From: Raillietiella orientalis
Taxonomy: Eukaryota
Length of the DNA: 64,000 nt
Reading direction: 5' to 3'
Assembly: GCA_036172245.1 (NCBI GenBank)
Contig: JAYWIR010000038.1
Coordinates: 1,116,001 to 1,180,000 of the forward strand
In this document: positions 25,901 to 37,599 of the stretch, in pieces
How the letters are laid out: each line of letters opens with the position of its first letter
How positions within the stretch are numbered: position 1 is the stretch's first letter
Translations under genes and position numbers: made by a program
The notes under the pieces: generated by a model
Databases searched by the model: none
Told to the model about the DNA's origin: nothing
Seen by the model: only the letters and a program-made list of their open reading frames with translations

Positions 25901-26195
25901 ACAGACCAAGGTACAATAAGATATTCAGGGCTCATTACAATTAGAATATGTATAACTTTTCTTTCTTTAATTATCAGTACAATAATGTACGTTGTAAGCA
26001 GACTTCTTACTCTTGTGACTTGTTTATAACTAGGGTTTTCTCTAAGATCTCTCAAACAGATATTTTATTACCAGGAGCTTGTTGAAAGACATGTTGAAGC
26101 CTTTGGATGGTTATAAGTTGCTGCAAAATGAAAATGTTAAAGAATGCTTATGCATAAAGTACGTATGTGAAGGAAATCGAATTTGATAGGAAGCA

Positions 26196-27174
26196 ATGAC
26201 AACACACCACAGTTCAAGGTAAGAATGGCATTCTTCTTCATGATTTTTTTCTCAGTGCTGAGTAGGAATAAAAAGGTTTCTTCTCTCAGAGTAACAAGTC
26301 ATGGGAATGGAAATAAGAGTGACAGTGATGGTAAGTATAGTGAATAAAAAGCTTTATTGTTGCTGCAGATGATTTCATTACTGAAACACCAACTTCAAAA
26401 AAAAATAGTACAGATGTCAACAAAAATCCAAGAGCAGAATGCAAGCAGGAAAATGATAACCAGGTGACTGAAAAGGCTAAGTCGGAATTAAGCCATATGC
26501 TGAAATCTCGCTTGCAAAAAAAATTAATCCAGATCATGCAAGAGTCTTTGCAGAAGTTTCAATTATGTTCTTTTGATGAACCTTTTCAGCTGGAATCTTA
26601 CCTGTGCTGTCCAAATCCCCCAAAGCAAACTTTCGATAACGATAGCCTAGGAAAATCTGAAAGCAATGTAGAAATGAATAGTGCTCCTTCTGTTAGTGAG
26701 GAACTTTCTATTCTGCCATCATCTTGCGATTCTGTTGAACCTGAAGATGTTTCTTGTCTTAGTGTTGGCAGTCTGAATGATAACGATCGTGATTCTGCAC
26801 TACTGCCGAACTCTGTTGGCAATCCTCTCATGCAGCAATCTAGTGAAAAAGAGAAAACGTCGATTCCCAAAAGGAAGCATCCAAGCTTTGTTTCAAAACA
26901 AAGCTCCTGTGAAGAGACAACCCCAGAGAATACTCATCTGAAGAAGCCCCATTTCGAAGATTTGCGTGAACAGGATTCGAATCCCAGCATCCCTAGATCT
27001 CCAACAGTATCTGTCCAGGATGGAATTCTGAGAAGTGTAATTCCATGTCATCTGTCACACCCAAAACAGCTTCAGCAGCAGTCTAGTCCACAAATTAAAA
27101 TAGGGCTATCCCGTAAGAAACCTTTCAAACCTCTCCATCCCCAGTTTTCAATACCCAGTAGTTTTCTACCCTAA
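26196..27174 (+). CDS. RAD51AP1: RAD51-associated protein 1-like (mostly disordered, C-terminal RAD51-interaction motif), ~297 aa, 3 exons
   Basis: Model 26196-26218, 26266-26330 and 26369-27174 (894 nt, open frame). The N-terminus SR-NKKV...SDSD-DDFITETPTSKK resembles recalled vertebrate RAD51AP1 VR-HKKPV...SDSD-DDFV. The C-terminus IKIGLSRKKPFKPLHP (27094-27141) resembles LRLGLSRLARVKPLHP. An alternative in-frame acceptor at 26289 is possible. Confidence 0.75.
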
Positions 27175-27349
27175 TTATGGACCAAATGTGAAAATACACT
27201 TGATTTCATGATTTGTCCCAAGCCCTACTACGTGTTGGATTTATTGCATTTCTATAGGCAGCGTTGGTGTGGTTGCTGGATCAAGAATCAAGTGGTGCCA
27301 TTTTGTTTTTGTAGCAGGGAGCCATGTTTTCTTGCAGTTTGAGGCACTA

Positions 27350-30300
27350 TACATCGCATGTGTGATGTAAGTTTGCATCTCAATCCGATGATTTGAATCA
27401 ACGGAAACCGTGAATCATTACTGCACGCAAATTTGAATTCGCACTTTGGTAAATTGCTAGCGTATTGAGTGTTCCGAATCGCACTCCTAAGCCAATTCGA
27501 GATTCCTGAAGTGCCTTCTGTCAGGACTGATTCTCCTTCCCGCGTGTGTGTGCCTCTTTTACTAGCGAAACATCCTGGCACGACGGTGTTCAATAAAAAG
27601 GCTTCCCCGAAATTCTGGATGGAATGGTGCGAGTTGACCGACTCGGCCGTGCTGGAAAACCGTTATTTCTACGACAGCGCGCCGAATTCAATTGCAAATA
27701 AAAACGAGCAGATGTATGAACTGCACGGGGACTTTCAGGACCGAGACCGACCACAATCACGGGACCTCGGGACCCTGGTGCCGCATTCGAACAAGTGGAG
27801 AGAGAGATACCGTTCAAGTACCATGGCCTCGAGGGCATTTTCCGTCTTCCGGGTTTCAGCGTGGGAGATCCCGTAAATAAATGCACAGTGAAAATAAAGC
27901 ATCAACTGGAAAGGAGTTTTGCGTTCATGGGGGATTGCAAGAAATGGAGCAGTTTAACTTTAGTGGCTTATAAGTAGAAACCCACGCGGCGTAAATATAC
28001 GTTATGTAATGTACTGAAGCTAAAAAACTGCGTCATAATGAAGCAAGCATCGAGGCGAAAATGCAAATTGCGTATTTGTTTCGGAGAAGTGAGCATAAGC
28101 CAGCGGTCAGTGCACAGAAGCAGGGAATCATGAAAAAGGAATATTGAAAAGTGCTACGAAACAAAGAAGGCCCGGATGTCGAGTGGTTCCAAAAGGAAGA
28201 AGACGCACAAGGCTGGAGATTTCGGGACGCGACAACGGGTGTGACCGCGACGTTGGAAAGCGCTATGGGCAATCATACAAATGAGATGAAAAGGCAAACC
28301 TTGATCTGGAAGCTGCGAGAAGGCTGCACGGCTTTCTTGAAAGCTGTAGGGTGAAAGATATTTTCACCAATCTTGGACTTCTGGAGGGCTAATCTTCAAC
28401 AGACTGCATGCTTCAAGTTGTTTTTCTTTTCAAGAAGGAGGATTGCCATAAAGAAAACCCTCTCATCGAATTGCGTCCCACATTCTCCTGTGCCTAAACG
28501 CGGCAGCTGAAAAATCAGGGAAAAGCTTGTCCTGTTACTGTAAACAGAAGCTGCAACGCGCCCAACCAAAGACCTCATCAGGAAAACTTTCTTTCAATTG
28601 CCGACGAAGGTATCTGAAAGCAAATCGAATTCTTGAAACCGAAGGTAATACAACGGAATCTTGAGATGCTTTTCACACACTCCGTTCGCATATCTGTGAT
28701 GTGCAGCATTGGTGTTCCACATCAGTTTGCTCACTCGGGAATAAGGATAAGCATTGAGGGTGTTCAAGGCAGAATGTCTGCGGAAAAACGAAAGACTTGC
28801 AGCCCTGAAACTCCACAAGATGAAGCTGTCTGCACTGTCTTGTCCAGATCGAAAAAGAATTCAAGCAGACGACTGTCATCAGCTGATTCAAGAAGTCGTT
28901 CTTCCTTCAAAAGTGAGCCCGCAGCTAACGAATTTGGAAGAAGAAATGATGCAGATGTTGGCAACCGTCAAGAATAGAACTGTTCACAGATGTGCTTGGA
29001 GTTTGGCGCGGATGAAGTAGCACGGGATATTCGGACGAGACACTGTCCTTAGTCATCCAGAAGTGATGGGACGAAAGCAGTCTGTTTCATCAGTCGAAAA
29101 TCATGCTAAAAAAAAAAAAAAAAATTGGTGTTTTCTGTCCATTTAGGATGGGAACGAAAGCGTTTGATGAATTACGAAAACAAAAACGGGAAAAATTTTT
29201 TTTTAAAAAAAATAAGTGAAAGCATAGAAATTTGCATACTTTAGGGCCATTCGTTTCAGTTCTTCAGCAGAGCACTCCAATCCATGGTGAGTTTTGGGGT
29301 TCAACCAAGTTCACCACCACCACCACCATATTTCGTCCGAATTCTCTTAGCCGAACTAATAGTACCTGTTCAGTGGATAAGGAGTTTCTGCAATTATGGA
29401 ATTTTCGTTTCGTTCCCTATGAGTCTTTTATTACTGGCACAGGCCTCATCAGCTTTTTACGATCACCATTTCGGGATTGCTGCTCTCAATGAGTTCATTT
29501 GAAAGAGCCCGAAAGAGTCTGGGTGCTCCAACAACTGTCAGCAGGCAATAAGAACTTGGAAAAATCCTTGCGCACTTTTTTTTTCTTTTTTTTTTTTAAA
29601 AAAAAGGAATGAGGATATTCTTGTGCGGCCATCTCTGATATAGTCGCAATGCGGTGAGCTCACGGAATGCTCCTTCAATGATAGGAAATATTTCATTGGT
29701 ACTTCCACGCATTTCAAGAAAAATCCTCTAATTTTTCAAAGTCATATTCCAGACTTGGCTGAATTCAAATGATTACGATCAAAGTGTTTTGTATCCAGTC
29801 CTTTCGAATCCCGAGGGAAATCATCTGAAAATTAAAGCTGCCTGTGAGTTCACTCGGGTGGGTCCATGCAACCTTTTTGATTTACTGATAAGATTACTCC
29901 TTCTAAAAGTCAGAAAACCTTTCAGAACCTGAAGCGACTTGTTCGTCGCCAGTAGGTAGGAGCACGTATTCCCGATCTTCCCGTTCATCTGCCATATGCA
30001 ACCAGTGGACTAGTAGGGAGAGTGAGGCTCATGGCTGACGAAGAGAAAACTCATGATTTGAGCAGATTTAAACTTGCTCTCCACAAGACTGGTTGTTGCA
30101 ATGACAGAATGAATGCATTGGCACTCACCAGAAGAAACTGGGGAAACCCATCAATTCCCTAATCATTCGTGAGGATCCACCTGTGTTTTGGGATTCTGTG
30201 CCAGCGAACTCCCCACCGATTCACGTGATCTCCAGATTCAGTTCACTGCAATCTCTTGTTGTCTTCTTTGATGGCATCGTTGATCTCCTGGATCACTGTT

Positions 30301-31250
30301 GTGATTCCAGGGGAACAAAGGTCGCAATCCCAGAAAATCAGACCCAAAATTTACATCGCCCCATGGCAAATAGAGGTGTTGAGGCGAAGTGGGAGTCTGC
30401 TAATAGATATCTCGGATTATTGCCGTCCTTAACAGCTTGGCTCCCCCATCTCACAATCAGCCAATGCATCTTCGTTCCATCAGCAGGACACCTGAGCAAG
30501 CTTCGAAAACTCCCTTCAACTGCTCCCAGTTAGGAAATGACTTCTTGCAGTAGAACGCGCGACATTGGGAAGCAACGAACGCTGTTGCATCAAACAGTTG
30601 CTCAAACCAGATGCGTCCATGATGTCGTCTCCTGCTTTGCTCCAGCACCCACTGAATCGACTCCGGTGTATCCGTGTGTCCTCCAAGATCAAAAGAACTT
30701 ACTTACCTGGTTAATCCTTCGATCTTGTTTCATATGAAGGGCTCAACTGCTGTTTCTCTAAGGAAACAGTGAGGAATCCAGTTGTACAACCCATTCTTCG
30801 CAGGTGTGGTACCGTTGCAGACTTCCTGACCATTTTTCTATCCTTTCACATGTGTATGCTGTTTCATGAGAATGCATCATTGTGATGCAGTCCAGTGTGA
30901 AGACCTCTGAAGCATTCAGTAGTTCATGACTGAGAACTGCAGGAGCCATATGTTCGGGAAGCAGAAAACGGATCTACCAAGGATCGAAAAGGAAACAATC
31001 ACTGATTAAAGACGTCAACAGTCTGTTCCATAGTCTGGAGGATTCTGGAAACTAAGGCAGGCCAAAATTGTTCGAATGAAATCTTCCCGTCGACTGAAGG
31101 AATCATATGGTTCTTACATTTTTCTTTTTCTTTTCTCACGGGTGTGGAACCAATTTTTAGTTAATCGCAAGAACCGATGCAAAGTGGAAGGTGTCGGAGT
31201 CTTAAAGGTTCGGACCAGCAATAATAAGAGCACTATTCTTCAGCTGTTCA
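27350..31250 (+). mobile_element. Decayed near-full-length LINE ORF2
   Basis: YDSAPNS 27670 (~YAPN), LHGDFQ 27721 (~GDFN), FRPNSL 29331 (~YRPISL), LEKS ~29556, FTDKIT 29881 (~FADDIT), T-rich tail ~31115. Confidence 0.55.
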
Positions 31251-31729
31251 CATTAGGACTTCAGTATCACCACACGCTCTCCGTTTCTTTGGGCGTCAGG
31301 TAATGTTTGCATCTAGTCATGGTTCCTCAAGCAGCAGATGGGGTCACCCTGGAGGCGCTGACTCTCCGTTCTCCAGATCGGAGGCATTCACGTGACTGAG
31401 GAAAGGAAGTGTGGGAACCACCGGTTTTGCGAGTGCTAAAGACTTCCAAAAGGCTGGGCAGCAGTTCTTGAAACCAACAAGTGGATGCAAGAGTTCCCTC
31501 ACCGGGTCACGCCGGGTGAGAAATTTTATTTAAAAAATATGTATATTAAAAATGGTGGGAAAAAATGAAAAAACGAAAAACAGACAAATCAGGAGAGCAC
31601 AAAAATGGAAATCTGTCTTTTCATCTTCCTGTCACTTCGAACACTCGACAAATAAGACTCCTCAGGAAATGACGAATTCCGTTTTCGGGATTTTGAACGT
31701 TCCGTAAATGTACTCGTTTATGTGTCGAT

Positions 31730-31995
31730 ATTCATTTAATACATATATATTTTTATAATCTTCATTATTAATTACATCAATAAGTATGCATCTTAATCCT
31801 TGTATAAATGTATATATGGAAAGCATATGTATTTATTTTTTCATAATCCCAATAATACATATTAATGTATATGTAAGTGCATATAATAAAGATATTATTA
31901 ATAATGTTAATATCTATAATAAACATGTATATATATTATTCTCTTAATAATATATATTTATATACATATTAATTTATAAATCAATCCACATACAT
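31730..31995. repeat. Very AT-rich low-complexity tract (degenerate TA/TATG repeats)
   Basis: Directly visible; similar tracts at ~23880-24190 and ~35560-35690. Confidence 0.7.
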
Positions 31996-31999
31996 AATC

Positions 32000-32800
32000 G
32001 GCACCTCTCCATACGAGGCAGGAAGAATGCACGCCTTTTCCCCATCCCCCGCCTGCTGCAATTTCGTTTCTCCAGAGATATCGTCTGGATGCGCTGGAAG
32101 TATCCTTTTCATCTCTTCTTACCTGCGGTCCTTCTTTTCCTTTTGGAAATCGCCATTCTCGTCCTGGCAGGAAGACGGCGATGGCGTCGGACGTCCGCGG
32201 AGCACTTCGCAAAGAATGCTAAAGGCTGTCCGTCTTTTTGCCTTTTTCCCGACGCGCCCTTGGGGCTGGACTCCGCAAACGGTCTCTTGCGACCTTTCCC
32301 GACCAAGCAGCCGATGGCTCCCCAAAGCGATGGACTCACACGGACGTGAACACCCCTCGAAATGCGAGAATCCAGCAGGTCGTCCAGTGACCGGGTGGAC
32401 ATTTCAAGAGCTTACGGTGGCTTTTGTCCGGCTGCTTCATGCTCGGAATCTACTCAGATAAGCTTTCGTGCAAGAGTCGACGATCCTCAAGAAGTCTTCC
32501 TCAGAAACTTCTACCACTGCTGCCCTGGGCTCACAGCCTCACTGGCGATGGGGGTGGAGTCGGTGCGCAGGAAGGGAGTCCCGTACATCTGCCCAAAGTG
32601 TCTCCAGAAAAGCCGCTTTCGAACAAAGGAACCGGCACCCCGCTCCTCCAATACAACATCTCTGTACAAATACAAATCTTCTCCATGCAGATCTCCGCTT
32701 TGAGAAAGAAAGTGCCGTCGAGGACCACCACCAGTGAAGTAAGAAGCACATCAAGAACGATCCAAGTTTTTCCACCCGGTTTTGCAGGGGGGTTATAAAT
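32000..32800 (+). mobile_element. Decayed LINE 3' fragment with zinc-finger remnant
   Basis: FLRNFYHCC...GVPYICPKC resembles the C-terminal zf-RVT region of LINE ORF2. Confidence 0.4.
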
Positions 32801-32849
32801 TATTATTAAGGAAAATAATGATAAAAGTCCATTGGAGGTGTTCCAGTGT

Positions 32850-33810
32850 GGTGAAACACTTGTTTGCAACACGCGCTCGGAGCTTGCCATGATAAAAAAA
32901 ATAAACCGGTTGGGGACTGGGTGCGAGTCAACAGAAGTTCAAGGAAAGGGTCCACCGACACGCAGACCGGGACAACAGACAGACCGGAACGGGGAGAGAC
33001 AAGGGAACAACAAAAACCAAAAATAAAAAAATAAAAGAATGTGGGTGGGATGGTGCAGAGTTCTTTGGTGTGCACCGGGATCAAAGCAAAAAGCACCGGA
33101 GAAGCTACGGAGCGAATGGGGATGGGGAATGAGGAAAACAAAATAAAGGGTGGGAGAGGGCAAGGGTCCCCGGGGTCCCCCGGATGTCCATCAACCAGCG
33201 GTGGATGCCGGTGATTTCCTCCTTCGCTTCTTCCAGGTGAGGCCACCTCGCAGCCGTCCTGACGTAGGCGGCTAACATCCTGGTGACTTCCCTTCGCTGC
33301 TTGGTGACCTCCAGCACTCCGCGAGCCGTGCGGATGGAGCGGAAACAACCCATGGTAGCGATCACCGCTCTTGTCGCGAGTCCTCCCGGCGCGAAGAACC
33401 GCCGCAGAACGTCTCGGGTGGTACCTTTCTGGTGCAGAAGTGCCAGCCTCCGCCACAGTTCTTGGAGGGCACCGCAGTCTAAAAGTAGATGCGGAAACGA
33501 CTCCGTCGATTCGCACCTGGCACAATTCGGGGATGCAACCTCAGCGGAAACTCGGTGCCGCCGCTCGTTGCACTGGAATCCCCAGTGGAGGAAGAGAAGC
33601 ACAGCCTGTTTCCACGATAGCTGAAACACTGGGGTGTTCACGCAGTTTGGAGAGACCACAAGTTCTTCGGGGCAACACTCAACAGTTCGCCCCACCGAAG
33701 GAGTCCCTTCGCAACTGCTCTTGAAGTGGCAGCATCCACTGACTCGCACGTCTTCCAGCCACCAGGGAGTTTTGTTTTTCCCGTGAAGGTGCAAGAAAAC
33801 TCCCACCTTG
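32850..33810 (-). mobile_element. 5'-truncated LINE: C-terminal CCHC (zf-RVT) region plus T-rich 3' UTR
   Basis: Open 233-aa frame with LHWGFQCNERRHR...CARCESTESFPHLLLDC..LQELW (C-x2-C...H-x4-C), followed by a pyrimidine-rich UTR-like tract. Confidence 0.75.
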
Positions 33811-34799
33811 TCGATAGGCTGCTGTCATTTCTTGTCCTGAGGGCACACAACGCTGCGTCATCGGAGTGACGACCAGGGTCAATGCGTCCGGCATCACCGC
33901 GTCCAACGGTAGTGGTGTTAGGTGTAGCAGAGGGTGAAGATATAGAGGGCGCAATCCCTGGGATGCATCCCAGCACTATATAGCCTCCTGACGCCAAGCA
34001 TTGTAGCTTATTGGGAGGCAGGAGATCCACGGTTGGGCTTCCATTAGGGAAGCAAGTTGCTTCAAAGGACACAAGAGTCAGGACCGTGATTTCGTGACAT
34101 TCACACGATAATGTGGCATGTAAGGGCTGCTCCTTAAATACAAAGAGCAGCGAATCCAACGTGAGAGGCATCATGAGTGGTCTATTCCTCGCTCATGAAA
34201 TGTTTCCGGGACCCCCTTCCTTTCCTGATGGGGATACGGGTATGTGATGATAAAGAATCCGTTGCAGTGAAGTGTAGAATGTGAAAGTCAGAACGAATTT
34301 AGTATTACCGCCTTACTTATAGTCAAGCAGTCGAATCGCAATCGACTCCATTTCTGTACAGTACCAAGGAGGGAGTCATCTTTCCAATATTCCAGAGTTT
34401 GAGCGCTGTTTCAGCAACACGAGGCCGTGTTCTCCTGAGAAAGAGAAAACCGCGAAGCTCGCGAGCCGTTCTAACCTGAAAGAATCTTCGCTCTGCCACA
34501 TCCGAAGAGAGAGAAGAGGGAAGAGAGAAGACACTTCCGTTACGTGAAGAACCGGCATCCGAACTGTACCATATTCCGAAACGAGTTGGGGATGTCCGAT
34601 TGCGAGGTTGTGTGCAACGAGTGTGCTATTTTTAGAATTAGATCCATCATCTCAATTAGCGTCTAGCTTTTTGATCCATGTTGGTTACCCTTAGAGGTTA
34701 GAAGCAGAGGGTGCCTTCTTTCAAGAGCGAATTCAGCTTCTTTTGAGGGCCTACATTTCAGGATGCCATTAGGAGCAGAAAAAGTCAGCGGCTCTTTTT

Positions 34800-37550
34800 C
34801 TACCTTTGCACTCTGATCTTTGCACCCGGACTTTTTGAAATCAAAGAACATCCAGCCCATTAACTTTGTGTCAACGTAGCTCCACGAGTTGAAGAACGCA
34901 GAACGTCACCAGTGAGTGATAGTAGCATGCCAAGCAACAGTTTCTTGAGCAGAAGCTCCTACTGAGGTGCATTGGTCGTATGCTCTAATCATTGCACATG
35001 CCAAATTTTCCCATTGATCCAAGCCCAAGAGATATCTATGTCGGAAAACTCAAATGCAGGTCTAAATTTGGCTTTGGAGAGTCGTATGCCTCTGGAGAAC
35101 CTTATTGCTGTTTCAGGTTCCCATGAGGAACACTTCGACAAGGTAGTTGGGATGAGCTTTGGGAGAAGAGAAACATGTCGCCGGTGCCTCTCATGTCCAG
35201 AAAGCCAGAGCCATCAGCCACCGGAAGGAACATGTGAGGGGATGAGGACTGAACTGGATGACCAGCCGCAGCTTGGTCGTTCCGAATCCTGAGGAAGGGA
35301 GCTGACTTGGAGTCACATTACGCCGGTTAGAAAAATCATTTTTGGGAAGGAAAAATGATGAGAAATAGGTAAACGTTAGTTGGCCGAGATTAATGAATAT
35401 GTAGGAAAACATATGGAGGAATGTGGAGGTGACCCTATTTAGGCTGCAAATAGAGTTGAAGCTGAAGGAAGGCCGCACCCTCTCCCATGAGACAGATCAG
35501 CCACCTAAAACCCGTGAAAGCTGAAACGAACGAAACGGATGGCCACTGCAGACTTAAATTTTATCGTCTATACGAATATACGTGCACATATTCATTTATA
35601 TGTAGATGGTGTAAGTGTGTGTATATATCTTGTGCGTGCTATAATTTTTTGATTAAAAGTTTTTGTTATTCATCAATAAAGAGGTGTCACCGTCTGCAGG
35701 AAATTCGGCTTCAAAATTCTACTGAAAATTCGGCTTCAAAATTCTACTGAAAATTCGGCCAACGCATATACGGCTCAGAATGGGTTCCTTTATACCACAG
35801 GATACTCGATCTCCCGAACAGTTTCCTAATTATCTTTGCCATCCGTCTTGGTCAGGCACGTTTCCATGACGAAGCGACTCTGTGCTACGCGACCGGAAAC
35901 GCTCAACACCAAAAGTAGGCAACCTTTTTGTCGCCCTCCATTGGTATGTAACATTCCGTCTTTTTTGTAAATCAATACTATCAAAAGCTTTGCGCGCTTC
36001 CTCTTCCTCGTTTTTATCTCTTTTTTGTTCTTCTAGTTGTTGTTGCTTTTCTTCCTCAAGCAATTGGCACTTTTCCAGAACCACTTCTTCTGGCTGTTCT
36101 GCTCTTTCCACTTGCTCCTGTTTCTCAGTTGTCACAGCTTCCAAAAGAACTTTCTGGGCTTCCGAATCAACGAGCAAACTCCTTTTCCCATCAATCAGCT
36201 GTTTTCCTCTTCAGAATGCTCCAGTTTGATTTTATAACCTGCTTCTTATAATTCATGCCGTCGTTTGGCTTCTGCATGTGCCCTTCTTCCCTAGTTCTTT
36301 ACATTCGCTTTTGCAGTTTGCTGTAGAATTGTATTCATCTGGAGCATCACAACAATCGCTAATGGAAACTCAGGAACTCATCAACGTAGAAATGAAAATT
36401 TTCCAAAACCAAAGTCGTCCCTTTCCAACTTTGATGAATGCATCCAACACAGCGGTGCACAGACTCCGTCGTTTACCCAGTTAGAGGGAATATCTTTTGC
36501 TTTGTATCTCAAATTATCGTGATAACATCTTCCATTTAGGCAAGCATGAGCTCCAGGTTCGTCAGTACCATCTCACAATCTCAGTCCACACAATCTCAGT
36601 AGTCATCGTTTACATACTTAAATTTGAAGCTTTGGCTACTATCCACACAACCAAGCACTTCCGGAAGATCATAAAGGGCAGTGTCCAAGATAGACTCCCG
36701 AAGACCTTTTTGTTCCAACGATGGGCCTCCGAGCTGCCCATCGATGGAGATAATAGGAGACTCTCTCATGTACAGTAATTAGAGTACCCAGATCAGAGAG
36801 AATGTGTTCGTACATTCCTTCACTTCGTATGACGAAATTGAAAATCCCTCTGTACGCTACACTGCAGGATGGGAGTATGGGATAAACTTGAGAGACCACA
36901 TGAAGTCAGGAACGCAGATGAGAGCAGACTGGTTGATGGCTGCTTCTCGTTCAATACGAGGACACCTCTTCGAGGACAGGGATAAAGCACCTTGGACTGC
37001 AAGCTCCAAAGAGCAGGCTGGGTGCTCCGGAAGCAACAGCCGTAAGAAAACAACAGAAACAGTCAATCCTTTCCTTCCGGGGGTGGCCATCAAAGACCTG
37101 CTCTCTCGTGCACTTACTCGTGGGCTTCCTCAGCTGAGAGGATTGTACAAAAAGCTGTCCCTTCTGTTCCCTGTTGCTGCTGCTGCAGGGAACCCTGATA
37201 GCCCCTCTTCGTGCAGGACGCCTTGACTACCGCAGCCGCAATCGCAGCTCTGTTCTGCGTTAGCTTCGGGGTGGCTCCACCTGGAAAGAAAGGAGGAGGA
37301 GCTCGACGCTATCCTTCAACGTATGCAGAGGCCTCACCCACCAAGAAATGTGATTCCTTACCTTCATCTCAAATATTTTTTTTAATCAGTTTTCATTATT
37401 TGTTTCCTTTTTTTTCCTATTTTGGTTTTATCCTGCTCCCCTTTCGTGGACGTGATGGACCTCGCCGGCCTTCCCTCCTCTTTTTTTTTTATTGTAATAA
37501 TTGGAATCAGTGGGCCTTTTGGCTCCATCGATCCCTGTAAGAGTAATAAA
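34800..37550 (+). mobile_element. Decayed LINE RT to 3' end, interrupted by a ~1-kb insert
   Basis: QIFPLIQAQE (~LPxLIxxxQ), HEEHFDKV 35122 (~DQEKAFDRV), HLGK...YIL and KGSVQDRLPKTFL (post-RT motifs), T-rich UTR and AATAAA at ~37545. Confidence 0.5.
35701..35759. repeat. 25-bp tandem repeat, ~2.4 copies
   Basis: Unit aaattcggcttcaaaattctactga, starting at 35701, 35726 and 35751 (partial). Confidence 0.92.
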
Positions 37551-37599
37551 CGCTCCGGCGCACCCGGGTGTACACGAAATTCACGTGGTGTTTGCTAAC

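Noticed and set aside
26219..26255. 37-nt intron using the ctcag acceptor at 26255
   Set aside because: Its phase puts the upstream exon in a frame with a TGA and no ATG. The acceptors at 26265 (preferred) or 26289 give open models.
35701..35759. CRISPR-like repeat
   Set aside because: Head-to-tail tandem units with no spacers, no cas genes, and a eukaryotic context
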